From the NCBI GenBank assembly GCA_900088475.1, contig FLMG01002864.1, positions 1 through 64,000 of the forward strand: DNA of 64,000 nucleotides, read 5' to 3'. A program made the position numbers and the translations under genes. Below, piece after piece: positions 12,141-26,376 of the stretch (positions are counted from its first letter, which is position 1; the number at the start of each line of letters is the position of its first letter). The notes beneath the pieces were generated by a model. It saw only the letters and a list, made by a program, of their open reading frames with translations, made no database searches and had not been told where the DNA came from. Source of the stretch: Hyphochytrium catenoides. Taxonomy: Eukaryota > Protista > Hyphochytriomycota.

Positions 12141-15100
12141 ATGGTTGAAGGACACATGTCCACCGAGGGTGGAGGACCAGGAGCTGTAACAAAGGCCCGT
12201 AAGTCATCACTAACTCGTGTGAAGCATTGGATTGGGAAGCGAATGTCCCCTCGCCGACGAGGATCTACCGCCAACCTGGATAGTAGGACTTATAAGGCGC
12301 TTAGCGATATTGATGGCGCAAAAAGGGCTCGGAGCCAGTCAGCTTCCGAGCTCAGAGAAGTTGAGGATCTGCGCCAGCCATGGGACGACGCAGAGCCCTC
12401 ACCAAGCGCTACAATAACACTAAGCCGCCTACCAGACGACGATGAGCTTGACCAGTACACGGGCGAAAGCGAAGGTCGACAGTCTTCTGTAGATAGTTCT
12501 GAGGATGTGCTACCGCCAGAGCCGTCTTCTATCTCCTTGCCTCAACCTTCCCGTCCTCTCTCTCCAGCAGCGGCTGTCTCTGGGACTGCTAGACATCAGC
12601 CAAACCCGACCACGGAACTGGCACCAAAGCGAGATCCTTCTCGCAACTCCATCAACCATCAGGAGCCCAAGCAGTCTGTTCCAAACGTCTCAGAGATGGG
12701 TCACTCTCTCCCGCCTCGCCGGAGGACCTCGCAGACAAACACTCATCCTCCTGCGAGGAGAGAGCTTGAAGCGCCCTCTGCTAACAATCAGCCATCAGAG
12801 CACTATGCTGAGAAGCCAGAAAGCTTCCCGTCCAACAGATCTAGCATACACACTGCAGACAGCAAGACGGGGCTTAACCAGCAGATAGATGAACCTCCGG
12901 GGTCACTCAGTGAAACACTTCGTCCCGACTTCTTAGCTGAAGATATGGAGAATGCTATTTATAGACTGAGACAGTCACTCACCCAGCCCGAGAGGAGACG
13001 TGATAGCCTAAGGGACAGTAAAGAAGATGGGTTCATCTTTGGGTCGAGACCAGGAGAAGGCCGTGAGGGCGAGGTGGAGGAAGAGTATAGGCAGTCATTA
13101 TCAGAGAACCAGGAAGGGCAGGAGGGACCAGCGAATGTCCAGGGCTTCTCAAGGAGCAAGAAGGAGATAGGAAGAGTTGAGATAGCTGAAAAAGAAGAGG
13201 TAATGGACAGCGAAGTCTCCGAAAGAGAATATGGAGACGATGCTCTATCGACAATCTACGAAGTAACGGATGACGAGACGACGTCGATCGCGCGCCATGA
13301 CTCAGAAGATGGAGGTTTTCTCGACGTTTCTCTTCCCTCGCAGGATAGAAAGATCCTGCCTAGTGCTGAACCTGGAATGGCGAGAGAAAAGAAGGAAGTG
13401 AACAAAAGAGAAGAGGAAAAGAAGATCGTGGAAGAGATAAAGAATGGACTCCAGCCCGTGAAGGTGCTGTCAGTCCAGAGGCCCGGAAATGATCGGGAGC
13501 AAGGTGGGCTCCCAGTTTCTGACGGACCCAAGGAAAAGAGCACCCCAACGAGACCCAGTGGACAGGGCTGTCAGGAGAGAGATCCACGCACTTTCCAGAA
13601 AGGCACTGCTTCTTCTCTATCTCCCAGACCGTCTAAGGCAGGTGGTGGAGACCTGGGAGGAAAGATCACCAAGGGAGTGGAGCCAGTTATTGGGTCCGCA
13701 AGTGAGAGAAGCTGTTCACCGGTAGAGAGTTGTTCTGCCGCACCGACAGTAAACAACAAAGCGACGCAGTCAGCTGACGTTTCTAAGCTTGGCGATAAAC
13801 CTGCGTGCGCTATGCCCCTCGCGTCCAAAGCAGACGGCACAGCAAGGCAGGAAAAGACCATTATTGTCACCTCTGGACCGGTAAAAGAGATAGTAAGCCA
13901 GGATCGCATCCCAGCTGTAGAGCAGAGTCAGAGAGTTTCAGACTCTAGAGTTTCGGAATCTATCGCTGTGTCAGTCCGGAGCGAACGCGCTCCGGAAGCA
14001 GCTGTCAGCGGCGGAGGATATATTGTGAGAGGGAATGAGAAGCATGCAGAGCAATTTGGAGCATCACTTTCAAGCAAGACGCTCTCCGAATCTTCTCTCC
14101 CTACACCACGGGCGGTTGGTGAGCTCCAAGCTGCCTCACTCTCGACTCAAGTAACCTCTTGCCGTGTCCCAGGCGTCAGTTCGGCTCCTCTTCCAGTCAC
14201 TCCTACTCATCTGTCGTCATCCTCGCCTCAGAGTTGTCCTCCAGCCGCCAAAGTAGCATCTCCCGCTAGTTCATCTTCCGTAAGAGTGTCTTCTGCACTG
14301 AGCAATGGCGTTTGTTCTTCACCTTCATACAATCATTCGCTTCCCCTTCCCCCTCCTCTCACTTCTCCTGTAGCTCCTTCTCCTTCTGCTGCTGTGAGCT
14401 CTCGCCCTCTCTCTTTCTTGCCTGCACCTCCGGCCGCTCCACATCATGCGGGAAAAGAGAGCCAGGAGCAGCCTATTCTTAACGTAGAGTTTGAGGTGGT
14501 GGACGGTGTAGTCGTGCAAGTGGTCCACACAGACACGAGGGCCGGCGTCAGGGGAAGCTCTTTCTTTAGGTTAGCATATGGACGTGCGCGAGAGAGGAAG
14601 CAGGAGACACCAAGAGAAACGGAGGGACGTGGCGTCAAGGATCCCAAGCCCGTCACCTCTTCCTCGAAGTCCGTGATGACGCTTACTCCTGCCACTTCGT
14701 TGCCTTCAGCCTCTCTTCCCTTACATCCCGACACTTCGTCCACCGTTTCCCTGCCAACCTCTTCGGTTGTCCGCCGGATAGACGTCGATGTCCCGTCTAC
14801 AGGGGAAGATCCGAGGGACACAACGACGAAAGGTAAAGAAATCCTTCAAGTGGAAGCTCTGTTGCATCCGGTCTTAACGCTATCTGCCCTTGTTCCTCCT
14901 GGGCTGTCATGGTACGGGTGTCTCTCTGTCTAAAGTTCCTCAGTCTGAAAAATCTGAAAGGAAGGCGGAGCAGAGCCCCGCCAGTATTCCACAGCTTCTA
15001 AGTGAGAGAAAGGTGAAGACTGTTCCTGCTCCTATCCGCACCAGCTTTGAGCCTCCCGACCAGCGACAGCACGGTGCTACCCGGCCTGGCGCAGGTACTG

Positions 15101-16064
15101 CCATCGCTGCCACGCGTGTGACTCTGGATCTGAGGAATCTGGTATCGGACTCACCTTCTGTAGCATTTGAGGAGAGATCCAGAGGTTAGCTTTTTTCACT
15201 CTCTCACTTTGTCTGGGTCTGCGACAAACTTCCTCAATCACTCCTCCGACCACGTCTACGCTACCTGTTTTCCTAGCCCTTGGTCGCTGATCTTTGTAGC
15301 TTTCCAACCTCCGATCTCTCTGTCTCTCTCTGCTTTCATCAACCCCAGCTCTGACTTTTCTATCTGTTGGTCTACCTCCTCGCCTCTGGTTAGGCGCCAC
15401 TGTGACACTGAAGAGTGCCCAGGTCGTGAATGAAGCTGCTCTCAGGGTCCTGGCCGACTCGCCCGTGCACAAGATCCAGAGCATTGGCGCTCAGTGGGTC
15501 GGCCCATCACCACGCCGGCCCTTAGTACCGAACGTAGATCGAGATCCTGCCATGAAAGAAACCAAAAAGCTCTTAGCTCTGTGGAATGAGGCCTCCTCAC
15601 AGGCTCTTCAGGACAGATTACATTCCTCTCCTCTCCTAGTGTCTACTGCTTCTACTTCCAAACCTGCGGCCCAGACCGTGAAGCGACCGGAAGGAAGAGT
15701 GCAGACATTGGAGGCAATAGCGCGAGCGATAGAAGGAGTGAAACAGAGGCGGAATGATAGTGTGAAGGATAGAGACTTTTCACTATCGCCTCCTTCCCCG
15801 ACCTCCAGGAACAGTAGGAGTACGGGCCCTCCTTACGTCTCTGGCGCCGCCACAACGAACTATGAAAGCTGGTTGGCAGGAAGAGTCAAGGAAAGAGAGA
15901 AGAGCGCCAGGCTCGAAGGAGAAGTAATGTCCCTAGCACCACGGAAGAAACGAGAGCAGCTCTCGCCTAGTCCAGAGTTAGAGGTGATGAAGAATACCCT
16001 CAAGTTAGAAGCGAGCGCGCAGAGAAAGGCAGTGAGACGGAAGACGGGAAGACCGTGGAAATAA
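12141..16064 (+). CDS. Large Ser/Pro/Glu-rich, probably disordered hypothetical protein (at least 2 exons)
   Basis: A 930-codon ORF plus a 220-codon ORF. They can be joined through a donor AAAG|GTAAAG near 14832 and an acceptor GGTTAG|GCG near 15394. No recognisable domain. Confidence 0.7.
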
Positions 16065-18206
16065 CTCTCTCTCTCTCTCTCTCCCTCTCTTTCTGCGTCT
16101 GTCTATCATCACTCCGTATCTCTCTAACTATTGGGAATTATACACTATTTAGCGTCATCTATGACTTCGACTTAGCCCGGATGGCTTGTGGCTCGCCGCG
16201 TCCTCCCTCATCGCGTTGAAGCTCTGATGGGGAACCGTCATCGCTTGGTTTTTAAGCACCGCACCATCGAGAAGGCAAAGCCTTTCTGTGTGTCCTACTT
16301 TCAATAGCATCGGGCTCCCTCTTCTGACGCCATCATGCGCCCTTTTCCTCTGCGGCCTTTCTAACTATTGCTTTACCCTGGCATCCATTTCTCCTGATGA
16401 TGAGTGTCTCCTTCATGATCAATGCGGCGCCCGAGGATATGAGGATCCGAGATAATGGTGAGGTCAAACTCTGTCTCCAAATTCTCGGTATTGGAGAACT
16501 TAACCAAGGAGGTAACAAGAAGGTTGGCCAGGGGCTGAGAGCCAGGACAAAGGGCTGAGCAGTGTGTGGCATTGACTATAGCAGCTAAGCTTCGAAGCTA
16601 AGGCAGTTTGAAAAAGAGATAAGATCAGGTGAAAGCTGCGCTCAAGCTTCCTCGTTAGGTACATACTCCTGGCCTTTGAAGAGATAACCGAGTAGGGAAA
16701 AGACCTTCGCAGATGCTTAGAGAGACGAGCGCCCGTCAAGGCGGCGCACCGTCAAACAGCCAATTTCCTCTCTTTCGCCACATTGCATTTAGCCATTTCC
16801 GTCGAGATCATGACCAGTCCTCGGTGATCGTTGAGCCTGCCTCCATCCTTTTGAATCTATAGCAGACACAACTGGGTAATGGGAAAGAGAAGGGTGAGGA
16901 GAAGAATTCCAAAAAATCTTCCTTTTGAACGCCGGAGCACAGGGGAAAGAGATGATGAGGGAAACGGGGACGAGCAAAAGATCTTGAGAGGGGACCAGAC
17001 CGACCTCATCACTCACACTCAAAGCAATCTCATATATCACTACCGAGTCCCTTTGTTATCGTCTCATCTAGATTGTACTCCTACAGAAGCTTCAGCCATT
17101 GCCATTCAGCTCTGGAAACTCATCATGTGCACAGGATGGATACGAAGCAAGTGGCACAGAGACCTTCCCAACTATGTGACGCAATCTACACGTTGTAGTT
17201 AGCTGTAATAGCAGCAAGAGCCTGGCAGGCCCTTCCCCAAGAGGTGACGATTTTATCTGTCCAGCCGCGTCCCTGCCGAGGGCTACCTCGTAAAAAACTT
17301 GTTTCCTAATTGTTAAGAACTCTGTGACAGCCATGTAAACAGGCCCTTTTCAGCAGCAGTCCAGCTTTCTAATCTAGAAGGACTAATAAGCAGTCACGCT
17401 AGGAGACCGCAATTGCTATTCTGCCTTGTTTATAGGGTCTCCGACATTCTTCGTGGCAGGAAGTAAATGGTTCCTCTGCCCTGGATGTACAGCAGCAACC
17501 TGCCTGGAGACTTTGTGTCGGCCTCCATTCCCTTTCAAAGAGGCGCCAATGGAAGCTGTCGCACCTGGAGAAGATAGGCGATGGATCCTCGATCATCTGG
17601 ATCTGGATCTTCAGATGGATCATCTGCATCTCTGTCTTTCTGTCTCTTCGCAATAATCTCTGCTTTGGTTAGCATTTCAGAGCTCCTCCAGGAGCAGTAG
17701 GTTAATGCACAGCTCCCCCAGGAGTAGAGGGCTCAGGTTCTGATGTGATGAAGAGAGAGAAGAGAAGAGAGAAAGGGCACACACAGAGAGAGAAAGGACA
17801 GCAGCAGTGAGGAGAAGGAGGAGAAAGGTTCCATCGTCATCGCCAACGAGGGAAGTGCATCAACAGAGTGAGCAGCCGACGAGGTTGGAAAGAGGCAACA
17901 GGAAGAGCGCGACAGAGCAAGCGAGAGACGCAGAGACGGATAAGAGAGCATGAGTGAAGTGATTAGGCGAGAGCTAGGTTGGTGAGGTGTAGCGGCGGTA
18001 CAGCTGACTCACGAGCTGCCGTCTGTAAGCAAAAGAGGGAATGATTAGATTGCTTATATGAAGATCCGCAGCTGCCAAAGATGAGGGCAAAGTAACCTGT
18101 GTGTGTGCCCGCACGGTCTTCTTCTCTTTCGTACACCGCGACTGTCCTATTTTTTATTCTGTCTCGTTCTTTGGGGCCCTTGTTGAAGGTCTAGCAAATC
18201 TGTGTC

Positions 18207-21200
18207 ATGGATGTTAGCGATAAGGGAGAGAGAAGTGCGGCCGCTCGAACGCCCGCAGTTCGGTTTCGCTCCGGTGAGAGCTCGTCCCAAGAGCATGCCA
18301 CAGGTATAAGCAGCAGGGGCAGCACCCTAAGGATCTACCACATTCAGACCCCGTGTTACCGCCTTCTGATGCCTTCTCATGCTGACTCCTACTTCGGAGT
18401 CTTTCCCGGGTTCCTCTTCACCTTCACTTCCATGTCGCTCTGCCTTGCTTGGTAGTGCTGCAAGTGACCACCTTCTGGTGCCTCTGTCTCTTACAGTCAG
18501 GTCTGTCATAGATGGGCCGCTAGCCAGAGGGGCTGTTGACGGTGCTAATCCAAGGGCAACTGGAGAGGTGCTTTACACGGAGAGCTCTATGCGTCCGCTG
18601 CTTCGATCCTTCTTCTGTACCTTTGGCTATCCTCTCAACTTAATCTGACTGTGTGGGTGTACCCCTCTCTCCTTGTCTCTCTTTGGCATCTCTCTCTCTC
18701 TCTTTCTCACGGTCTCTCTCTCTTCCGTGGTGTTGTTTGCTTCTATCATTTCCTTCTCTTCACCTGTCCCACGCTATATTGTTTCTCCTTCTGATAATAG
18801 ATTAGGGTCCATATCACCCAGCCTGCTGCGCTCTCTTCTCTTGCTCATCTGACTCTTGTTTTCTGTGTCTCTCTCTCTGTCTTCCTCGTTCCATCTCTTC
18901 CCGTAAAGAGTCTTCTCCAAGTTCCTCCTCCGGCGGAACGGATCCTTGTGAGCGGATGGCTAAAGAAGAAAGGCGACCATGTCAACATATGGCGTGACCG
19001 CTACTGCATCCTTAGCTTTGCGGCTGGAGCGGGCGGAGGAGGAGGAGAGGGAGGAACCGGTGGAGCCGCGGCGGTTCTTTCCTATTATAAGAGAAAGGGA
19101 GGAACCATGAGAGGAATGTTTGTCTTGGGGCCGGGCTGTGTGCTGGAAGAGGTGCATGCGAGCCAGAGTAAGATTGAAGGCAAAGCTATTTATAGCTTCA
19201 GGTTGAGGGTAAGGGACCAGAGTGCGCTGTCCAATTTATTGCTTTACTTCCTTTCTGGCTTTGCCTGCTTTGGATGCCTTGTGGTCACCTTCTCCGGCCT
19301 CCCTCTGACTTCTTGACGAACTACACTTCTCAGTCTGTCAGGGTCTCTCTCTCTGTCATATCTCTATCGCTCTCTTTCTTCTCTATTCAGCCTAAAGTGC
19401 CCTTCATGGGAGAGTATATCGCTGACAGATCTACTGTTGCAGGGCCATGAGCATATAGAACTTGATGGGGAAGGCGCGTCTGTGGGAGGAGAGGCAGAAG
19501 AAGAAGAAGGAGAGGGAGTCGGGCCTGCTACTCCCGCTGCCCTTCAATCTGCTCGACCCCAATCTGCAGAGCCATCAGGCGAGGCGTCAAAGCTTAGGAA
19601 GCAAGCAGGGAACAAGGTGGCGCGTAACGCGGCGGTAGCTGTAGGAGTCGGGGCCGCTCTCCTGCTTACAGGTGCAGATCTTATAGTTTCAAAGCTTGGG
19701 ATAGGAATATCGTCTATACATTGTGTTCAAGAAAGAGAGGAGAGAGAGTGGCAAACAGGCAAGAAGGGGATCAGAGGCGAGTTGCCTGCTTGGAGCAAGC
19801 TTGACCCTTACATTAACCGTCCTGCACCAGGAGGGATCGCGGGCATGGCCATGACTGCCACGGCTGTAGCTATGGGCGCAGGCGCAACAGCAGCAGCCAA
19901 ATCCCGAGGTTCGTACCACCTTACTTTCTGTNNNNNNNNNNNNNNNNNNNNNNNNNNNNNNNNNNNNNNNNNNNNNNNNNAGTCATTTTGGGCAGTGAGT
20001 CCAAGCAAGAAGCGGAGAAGTGGCGAGAAGCAATTATGCGTTGCATCGTACAGGTGCTGTCCCGACCTTATGTTATTGGAAGCGTGAGCTTCTCTTGATC
20101 TTCTTCCCCTTTCTTAAGCTTCCCTCCCATATGTCAATTTTTAATGGCCGTTGCTCAGTTGATAAAGACGCCTCGCCCTTATCTACTACTTGTCTTTCAG
20201 TACTAAGAAAACAACATGCTTACTATGCCTCATGCTCTTTCTCATACCTCAAGGCAGAGAAGGCATGGAAGGATCAAGTGCAGCGTCAAACGTCGCAATA
20301 CCTCCAGACAATCGAGGCGCCCCAGCCTCTGACTCTGAAGAGCGAAAAAGTCTTATCGCCAGCAGAGCAAGCGAAGTCAAGAAGAGACAAGGGTGCAGCA
20401 GTAGAACAGGAGCAATTGCGGCACACCAAGATCAAGCAGCTTGGTAGGCCATTATCCCAGTCCTCATATTCTCATGATGGTTTCTTTCACTCTAGTCCCT
20501 GAAAGTTATGCTTCTCAGTTGTCTCTTGTCTAGCTCTCTCCCGAGCTGATGGTTCACTGTTACTCCTGAACACTGTCGTGCCTCCTGCTGCATTTTTCTA
20601 CCTGACCTATCAGTCAACCAACTTTTTGCGTGCTTACCTTTATTACCGTGGGCAATTCCCGTCTTTAATCAAACACTGCATTGCCTTGTCTCACTCTCAT
20701 TGTCTGGGGTCTTACATTTGGGTTCTTCATGGCGATCAGCTGGCCTCTCCGGTCCCGTTCCTCGCACAATTGCCCGCTCTTTTAAGCAGTCAGACAGCCT
20801 GGTAGAACGGTCCGACTGGATTATGGTGGGTTCTGCAAACGGCCTCAGGGTTTTGAAGCACGATGCGGGCTCAGACAGTCTCTCTACCTACATGACGACT
20901 GTCCAGGTTAGTGATACCTTAGGAAGAAGAGACAAAGTCTTTGGTTGGCTTGACATATCTCTTCCCAGGTGTCCGCTCATCCTGATGAGATCTTCGAGCA
21001 CTTAATCTGGCTGGACGGGCGTGGACTCCTCTCTTGCTATGGGCTCGTCGTGACAGAGGTCAAACTCTTAGAGACGAAAGACGCTCACACTGACATTCTC
21101 TATATAAAGGTCAGACAGAGAGAGAGGAGTGCAGACGAGAAGGGGCCAATAGATAATAGACAGGACGTCTGAAGGCAGAGGATGTGACACTTTTTGGGAG

Positions 21201-24200
21201 AGCTGGAGAAGCGCTTTGCAAATAGGGTTAACTGTTCTTTGACTGCGACAGCTTGGGGTAACAGTGAATGGGCTGCCTGTGGGTCTTCCTCGCGATCTCT
21301 GTGTGATTCGCTACTGGCGGATGGAGGAAGACGGAGGCTTTATCGTCTGGCTGCAGTCTACCCAGCATCAGGACGCTCAACCCTCCAGAGGGACCGTCAG
21401 GGCTCATCTGCATTACAGTGTCAGTGCCTTGTGCTCGCTTGCAAACCCCACATTTCCCTCTTCCATGCTCCCATTGTCTGTCACTGACCTAATATATGTT
21501 CACGTAGTCACCTCCCTTCTATGGTGGTGGTAGCTTTGCTTTAGCTCTTTCTCTTTCTCTGTCTCTCACACTCTATCTTTCTCTGGCTCTCTCTCTCTCT
21601 CTATGCCCTCTCCTCTCTGTCCCTTTCTCTCTCTCTTTCTTATATCATCCTGTCCTCGTTCGCCTCTGTTTCTCCGTGTCTCTCGCGTCTGGCTTGGTGA
21701 AAATTGCTCTTCGCTCCGGAATATGCCTCTAACAGTCGCAGCACTTTTTCTCGAGCAGTACGATTGGCTCCTCTTGTGTTATCCCAATGGTGTTTCGGTC
21801 GATGATGCTTGGTCTCATCCACACGTAGATAGAAGATGACAGAGTTAGCAAGGAAGGCTTATATCTATCGCTTTTCTGTTTAGGGGTTCACCGTGGCACC
21901 CAGCAAATCTGATGAGAGTGGAGGCCCCATGCCGAACTCACGCCAGTGCTTGGTCACACACATGCTGCAGTTTGACCCTAAAGGTTCCGACTGACATTGA
22001 ACTATAAGCTCATATGCTGAAGGGAAAGATAAGAGATCATAGATGCAGCCAAAATCTAGTACCTAGGGCAAGAGATGAAGAAGCTACAGACGGAAATGGG
22101 CTTTGCTCAATGGCTGAGCTCTATTCGATTTTACCTTTGCCGCAGGGTCTCTGCTTCCTTCAATCCGCGAACAGTATTTGGCAGAGCTGCTCACCTCTGT
22201 GGCTTATCTAAAGCACGCAGCTGAGGCAGAGGACGTGATCTCCAGAGGACTGCTATTACCGACAGAAGAAGGTGCCTGCTAAGAAGAACTTTCACTCCTA
22301 TTGATACCTTCAGTCCTCTTAGATCCTTCTTCACACTAGAGTCTGAGTACTGAGTCTTCTGTTACAGAAGCTCTGGCGGGTGGAAAGACCAACGATGGAG
22401 CGAGTACGCGAGGATCTAACACCAGTCCAGCAGATGAGGTGATTTCAACTTCTCTCTTTGGTGGTAGAGCTTTGATCCGTCCGTTGCTCTTTCTCTATCC
22501 AAAAGCTGTGCCCTGCTCGCAGGGGAGCCTTAGTTTTAATCAGACATCTCAAGTTCTCATGCTGTGAGAGTGGCTTGTCCTATCGCTCTTCGTCCTTTCT
22601 TGACGGCCCGATCATTTCTATGATTAGGTGGACTCTGCTCCCCGTCTTGACAGTCCTCAAGGCAGAACTCATGCCCAGCTGCCGAAGACCACAGGGGCTG
22701 TCCCCAGCATTGTAAGAGAGTTCTTGATACTATATTGGATTGAAACACCACTGGATAACTTAAAACTGGCGTCGTCTTTGCAGTTCTGGGAGAACCTGTC
22801 ACCCAATTCTTCTCCAATACAGGCCTCTTCCGGTGAGGAACAGCCTCTATCTCCGCACTCCGTGATCTTTATGTTTTCTTCTTTTTTATCTCCTCTTCTG
22901 CCTACGTTGGAAAGGAGGCGATGGGGAAATGGAGTGTGGCAGGCACCGCTTGCCTGGAGCTGAGAAAGGATTTCGACCTCTCGCTGCGGGGCACCCACAA
23001 GCCTTTATAGGCTCTTACGCTGTCACTTTCTAACTCTAGCTCGTTGCTCTACAATCCCTACCGTTATACAATCTTGTGCTCTCGTGGCGGAATCTCTGTC
23101 GTCTTCCTCGCTTTTTAATATCGTCCACGCAATTTTCTTAGGAGGTATCGACGGAGAAATTTCTCTATTCCGCCTTCGGGGCGTGAATCTCTGCATCCTT
23201 CCTTCACCCATGTATCATATAGCCGCTGACCAGCGAAGCTTGCTGGGGGTCCTGAGGAGAAACGCTGTAGGAACTACTGGAGACGATACGCACTTCCTCG
23301 TCTTTCAACTTCTCTGGACCGTGGAGAACTATCAATATGCCAGGTAACAGACTCATCTCGCCGGTTCTTTATACGTTTAACCATCATGGTACGGATCTTT
23401 TATCGCCTGGATGTGGAAGACTGTATCATATGTTAAGGCGATAGCTTTGTAGTCGCGTCTTTTTTAGATGAATCTGCTAATGCCTGTCATTGATGGCCCT
23501 CTGCAGCCTAACGTTTACTTTTGCAATGGAGGCGGAGGATCCCCACAAGAGCACGGCCGCAGCCGAGCTCTATGCAGATTTTATCGATTGGTAAGATGCA
23601 GAGGAGGAAATGGAAACAAGTAGAGAAGAGCTGATTGCCCCGCTTTAGAGTGAAGAGCGTTTGTACGGCAAGAGGCAGAAAGCTCAGAAAGGAGCTAACA
23701 TTCACCTACTATAGTGACGAAGATCTACGATCTAGTACTCTAAAGGTTGTGCCTTCCGTCCTACGCGGAAACTGGATGCTTGATGCTCTTGCAGGGTCAG
23801 ACATATCACTCTCTGACCACTGCGCTGTCCAGTACTTCAGGCAAGACCCACCCTCTTCCCTTACTGCCTCGCCTTTCTCCTAATCCCTGCACCGTCCATA
23901 ATGCTTGCCTTCCTTACCTCTTTCTTCATCAGTGGAGACAAATATGTGGAGATAGATATCACTTTAGACTCTAATCGGGGCGAGGCCGAGCTTTGGAGGA
24001 TGGTCAAAGAAGAACTGCCCAGCGCTATTCTGGACTTACAACTCGTGTTGGAAGGTACGCAGTTCATCGAGCGCGTCGTACCTTCTAGTTCGCTAAGTAC
24101 GCTGCGAACGCTATCCTGCATGTCCAACCGTCCGTGTAACTATCCCACTACCTTTCGGATGAAAAGAAAGTGTCATTCTGAAATGTTGTTACCTGCCGAC

Positions 24201-24379
24201 ATCCTGCCTTCGTGTTCCTTCTGTTGTTTTAGCCATGAATAAGGATGATAAGCACTTTTTGGTCTGTTCCGCGTCTTAACCTCTCGTCATATGCAGGACC
24301 TGAAGGGCCCTGGGATCGGCACACATTGGCTTCTGTACGGCTGAAGAACTTCCCGCTGCAAGACGGAGTAACGCTTTGA
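18207..24379 (+). CDS. EDR2-like lipid-binding protein: PH domain, START domain and a divergent EDR2_C/DUF1336 domain; many exons
   Basis: PH: SGWLKKKGDHVNIWRDRYCIL. START: PRDLCVIRYWRMEEDGGFIVWLQSTQH and GFTVAP...CLVTHMLQFDPK. DUF1336-like: LKVVPSVLRGNW, YF|SGDKYVEIDI, ILDLQLVLE|G and ...LASVRL. Stop TGA at 24377-24379. Confidence 0.8.
19932..19980. other. Assembly gap (N run)
   Basis: Run of N in the sequence. Confidence 0.99.
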
Positions 24380-25942
24380 GACTTGCACCGGCTGCTCCAT
24401 CCGTGGCCACTCCTACGTACGGTGGCAAGGCAGCTAACCCTGGCAAAATGGCGTTCAGTTGAGATACTGCCGCTTCAGCGGCCCTGCATGTACTCTCGAT
24501 GGGCGCAGTCATGACTTACCAGAGCTGACAGTTTATTAAGGACGAATGTGGGGGGAAGGGTGAGAGTATCTGTTCAAAATGCAGATTTTCTGCGATTCTC
24601 CTGACCAGCCACTCCAAGACGTTAAACGTCATAGGCAGTTGTTTGGCTGTCACTTGTAAAAGAGACATTTACTGAAGCAGAGTGAAATGCTCCATCCGAT
24701 CTAGGCTGTGCTGCTGCACTGTAACTCCTACAAGGGGATATTATCAAGTTGTGTCTTCATCTCTTTTATCAAGGCCCTCGAGATTGCAGGCCAGCATCAC
24801 CATTGTGGTGCTAATTGAGACGCGATACATTGAATTTCATTCTTTACTCAAGACTGTCAGGACGTAAAGGCGAGGGATGTGGGAGACTATATCAAGTGCT
24901 GAGAGGTACATAGATACTAGGATGGCAACGCAGTGTCCCGCATACAGGGGCGTAAGCATGACATGGGTAGACGCACCGGACCGACATTTCATATATGGTT
25001 TCAGGGAGAGCCCACGTTTACTAGACAGGTGCTCTAGTCTATCCTCCTCAATATAACTGACGGTTGGTGTCTCCTCAGTGGCCACAGTGTGTGGGAGCTT
25101 CCGCCCCATCATTGCCAGAAGTGCAGTGGGGAGATTGTGAGGTCCCAAAAGCCAGGATGGATATCAGCAGTGTTAGACTGCCGGGCAGGTGCGAAAGAGA
25201 GAACGTAAATGATAGTAGACTCGCTGAGAGGTTTGGACAACAATATAGACCTATATCTCCTAGACGACAAGACAAGGTATTGATGGGAATACAATGCTCC
25301 TTGGCAGCTCACCGATATCACGATGTTATGTGAGACCTAGCTCTAACAAGAGGCCCAAGAGGCAGTCGGTGACTGTAGGCATAGAGAAGGAGGGAGGGGA
25401 GTGAGCCACGCAGCAATAATGGACATCAACACAGCCGCTCGGACTCCGCGCATAGAATGGCGGCAGCAGGTCCTATGACCCAATCCGCTGCGAACCGTTC
25501 GCAAGCTACACCAGGCAGGGTGATACGTGATACCTTGCGTTGCTACTACCAAATCACTATCCATATTTAGGACAGTTCAGCAAGAGGGTCCCTGTTGACG
25601 ATAGAAAGCGAGGTGTATGCTGCCTTGCAGAACCAACCGTCATTCCAAGATCTGATCCTTTCTTCAGCCTGCTGACGCTGCCCTGCTGCTGCTCAGGAGG
25701 CCAGGTTACCTTCGGGAGAGTGTCGAGGTGGCTTTTGTTTGTTGTCCTATGCAGCTTATCATATTGGCGCGCTGCACCCTTGTATACTCTTCTTAGGTAG
25801 CCTCTTGTCATTCAAGCAGCCCAGCAAGTAACTTGGGATGTGGCAAGGAGGACGTCACGCTCGCTAATAGCTTCGACGACATTGTTGGTCTAGCATCTTC
25901 GACTCCTAGATATAGCAGCCATTGCATCAGACGCTCGTCAAG

Positions 25943-25991
25943 TGTGGAGCCTTCTTACTATCGACTAGTGGAGCCTTCTTACTATCGACTA
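25943..25991 (+). repeat. 24-bp direct tandem duplication
   Basis: GTGGAGCCTTCTTACTATCGACTA occurs twice in tandem. Confidence 0.9.
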
Positions 25992-26304
25992 TGCAGCGAA
26001 GAAAGCCTGGCATCCAACGTCCTGAAGCAGCAAAGCGCATGTCCATCATTGCGCCGAGCGCCGAGAGGAAGGCAAGATGTTACCTTTCGGGGCACCTGCA
26101 GCACCAAGGACCCAAACGCCTAAGATAATAACAGCGCTACGCTATGAGTACACCTCCCTCGAGTGTTAGAACTGGTTCTCTTGAGAGAGAACCATGAAGG
26201 TGGAACATGCACATACCACTGAACAGAGCCCATACAGCGTTGTACAGCAACTACGCACATCGACCATCTAGTATGTAGGAGGTGACCGGTTTCATAACTT
26301 CTCA

Positions 26305-26376
26305 TCCTCGATAGTATAGTGGTTAGTATACCCGCCTGTCACGCGGGTGACCCGGGTTCAATTCCCGGTCGGGGAG
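26305..26376 (+). tRNA. tRNA-Asp(GUC), copy 1
   Basis: TCCTCGA/TCGGGGA acceptor stem, A-box TAGTATAGTGG, anticodon arm CCCGC-CTGTCAC-GCGGG and B-box GGTTCAATTCC. A TTTTT Pol III terminator lies a few nt downstream. Confidence 0.98.

Noticed and set aside
16330-17340. Possible Copia RT remnant (ETEFDLTIISDPHILGRRI, minus strand)
   Set aside because: A single weak similarity with no YVDD or other ordered motifs found.
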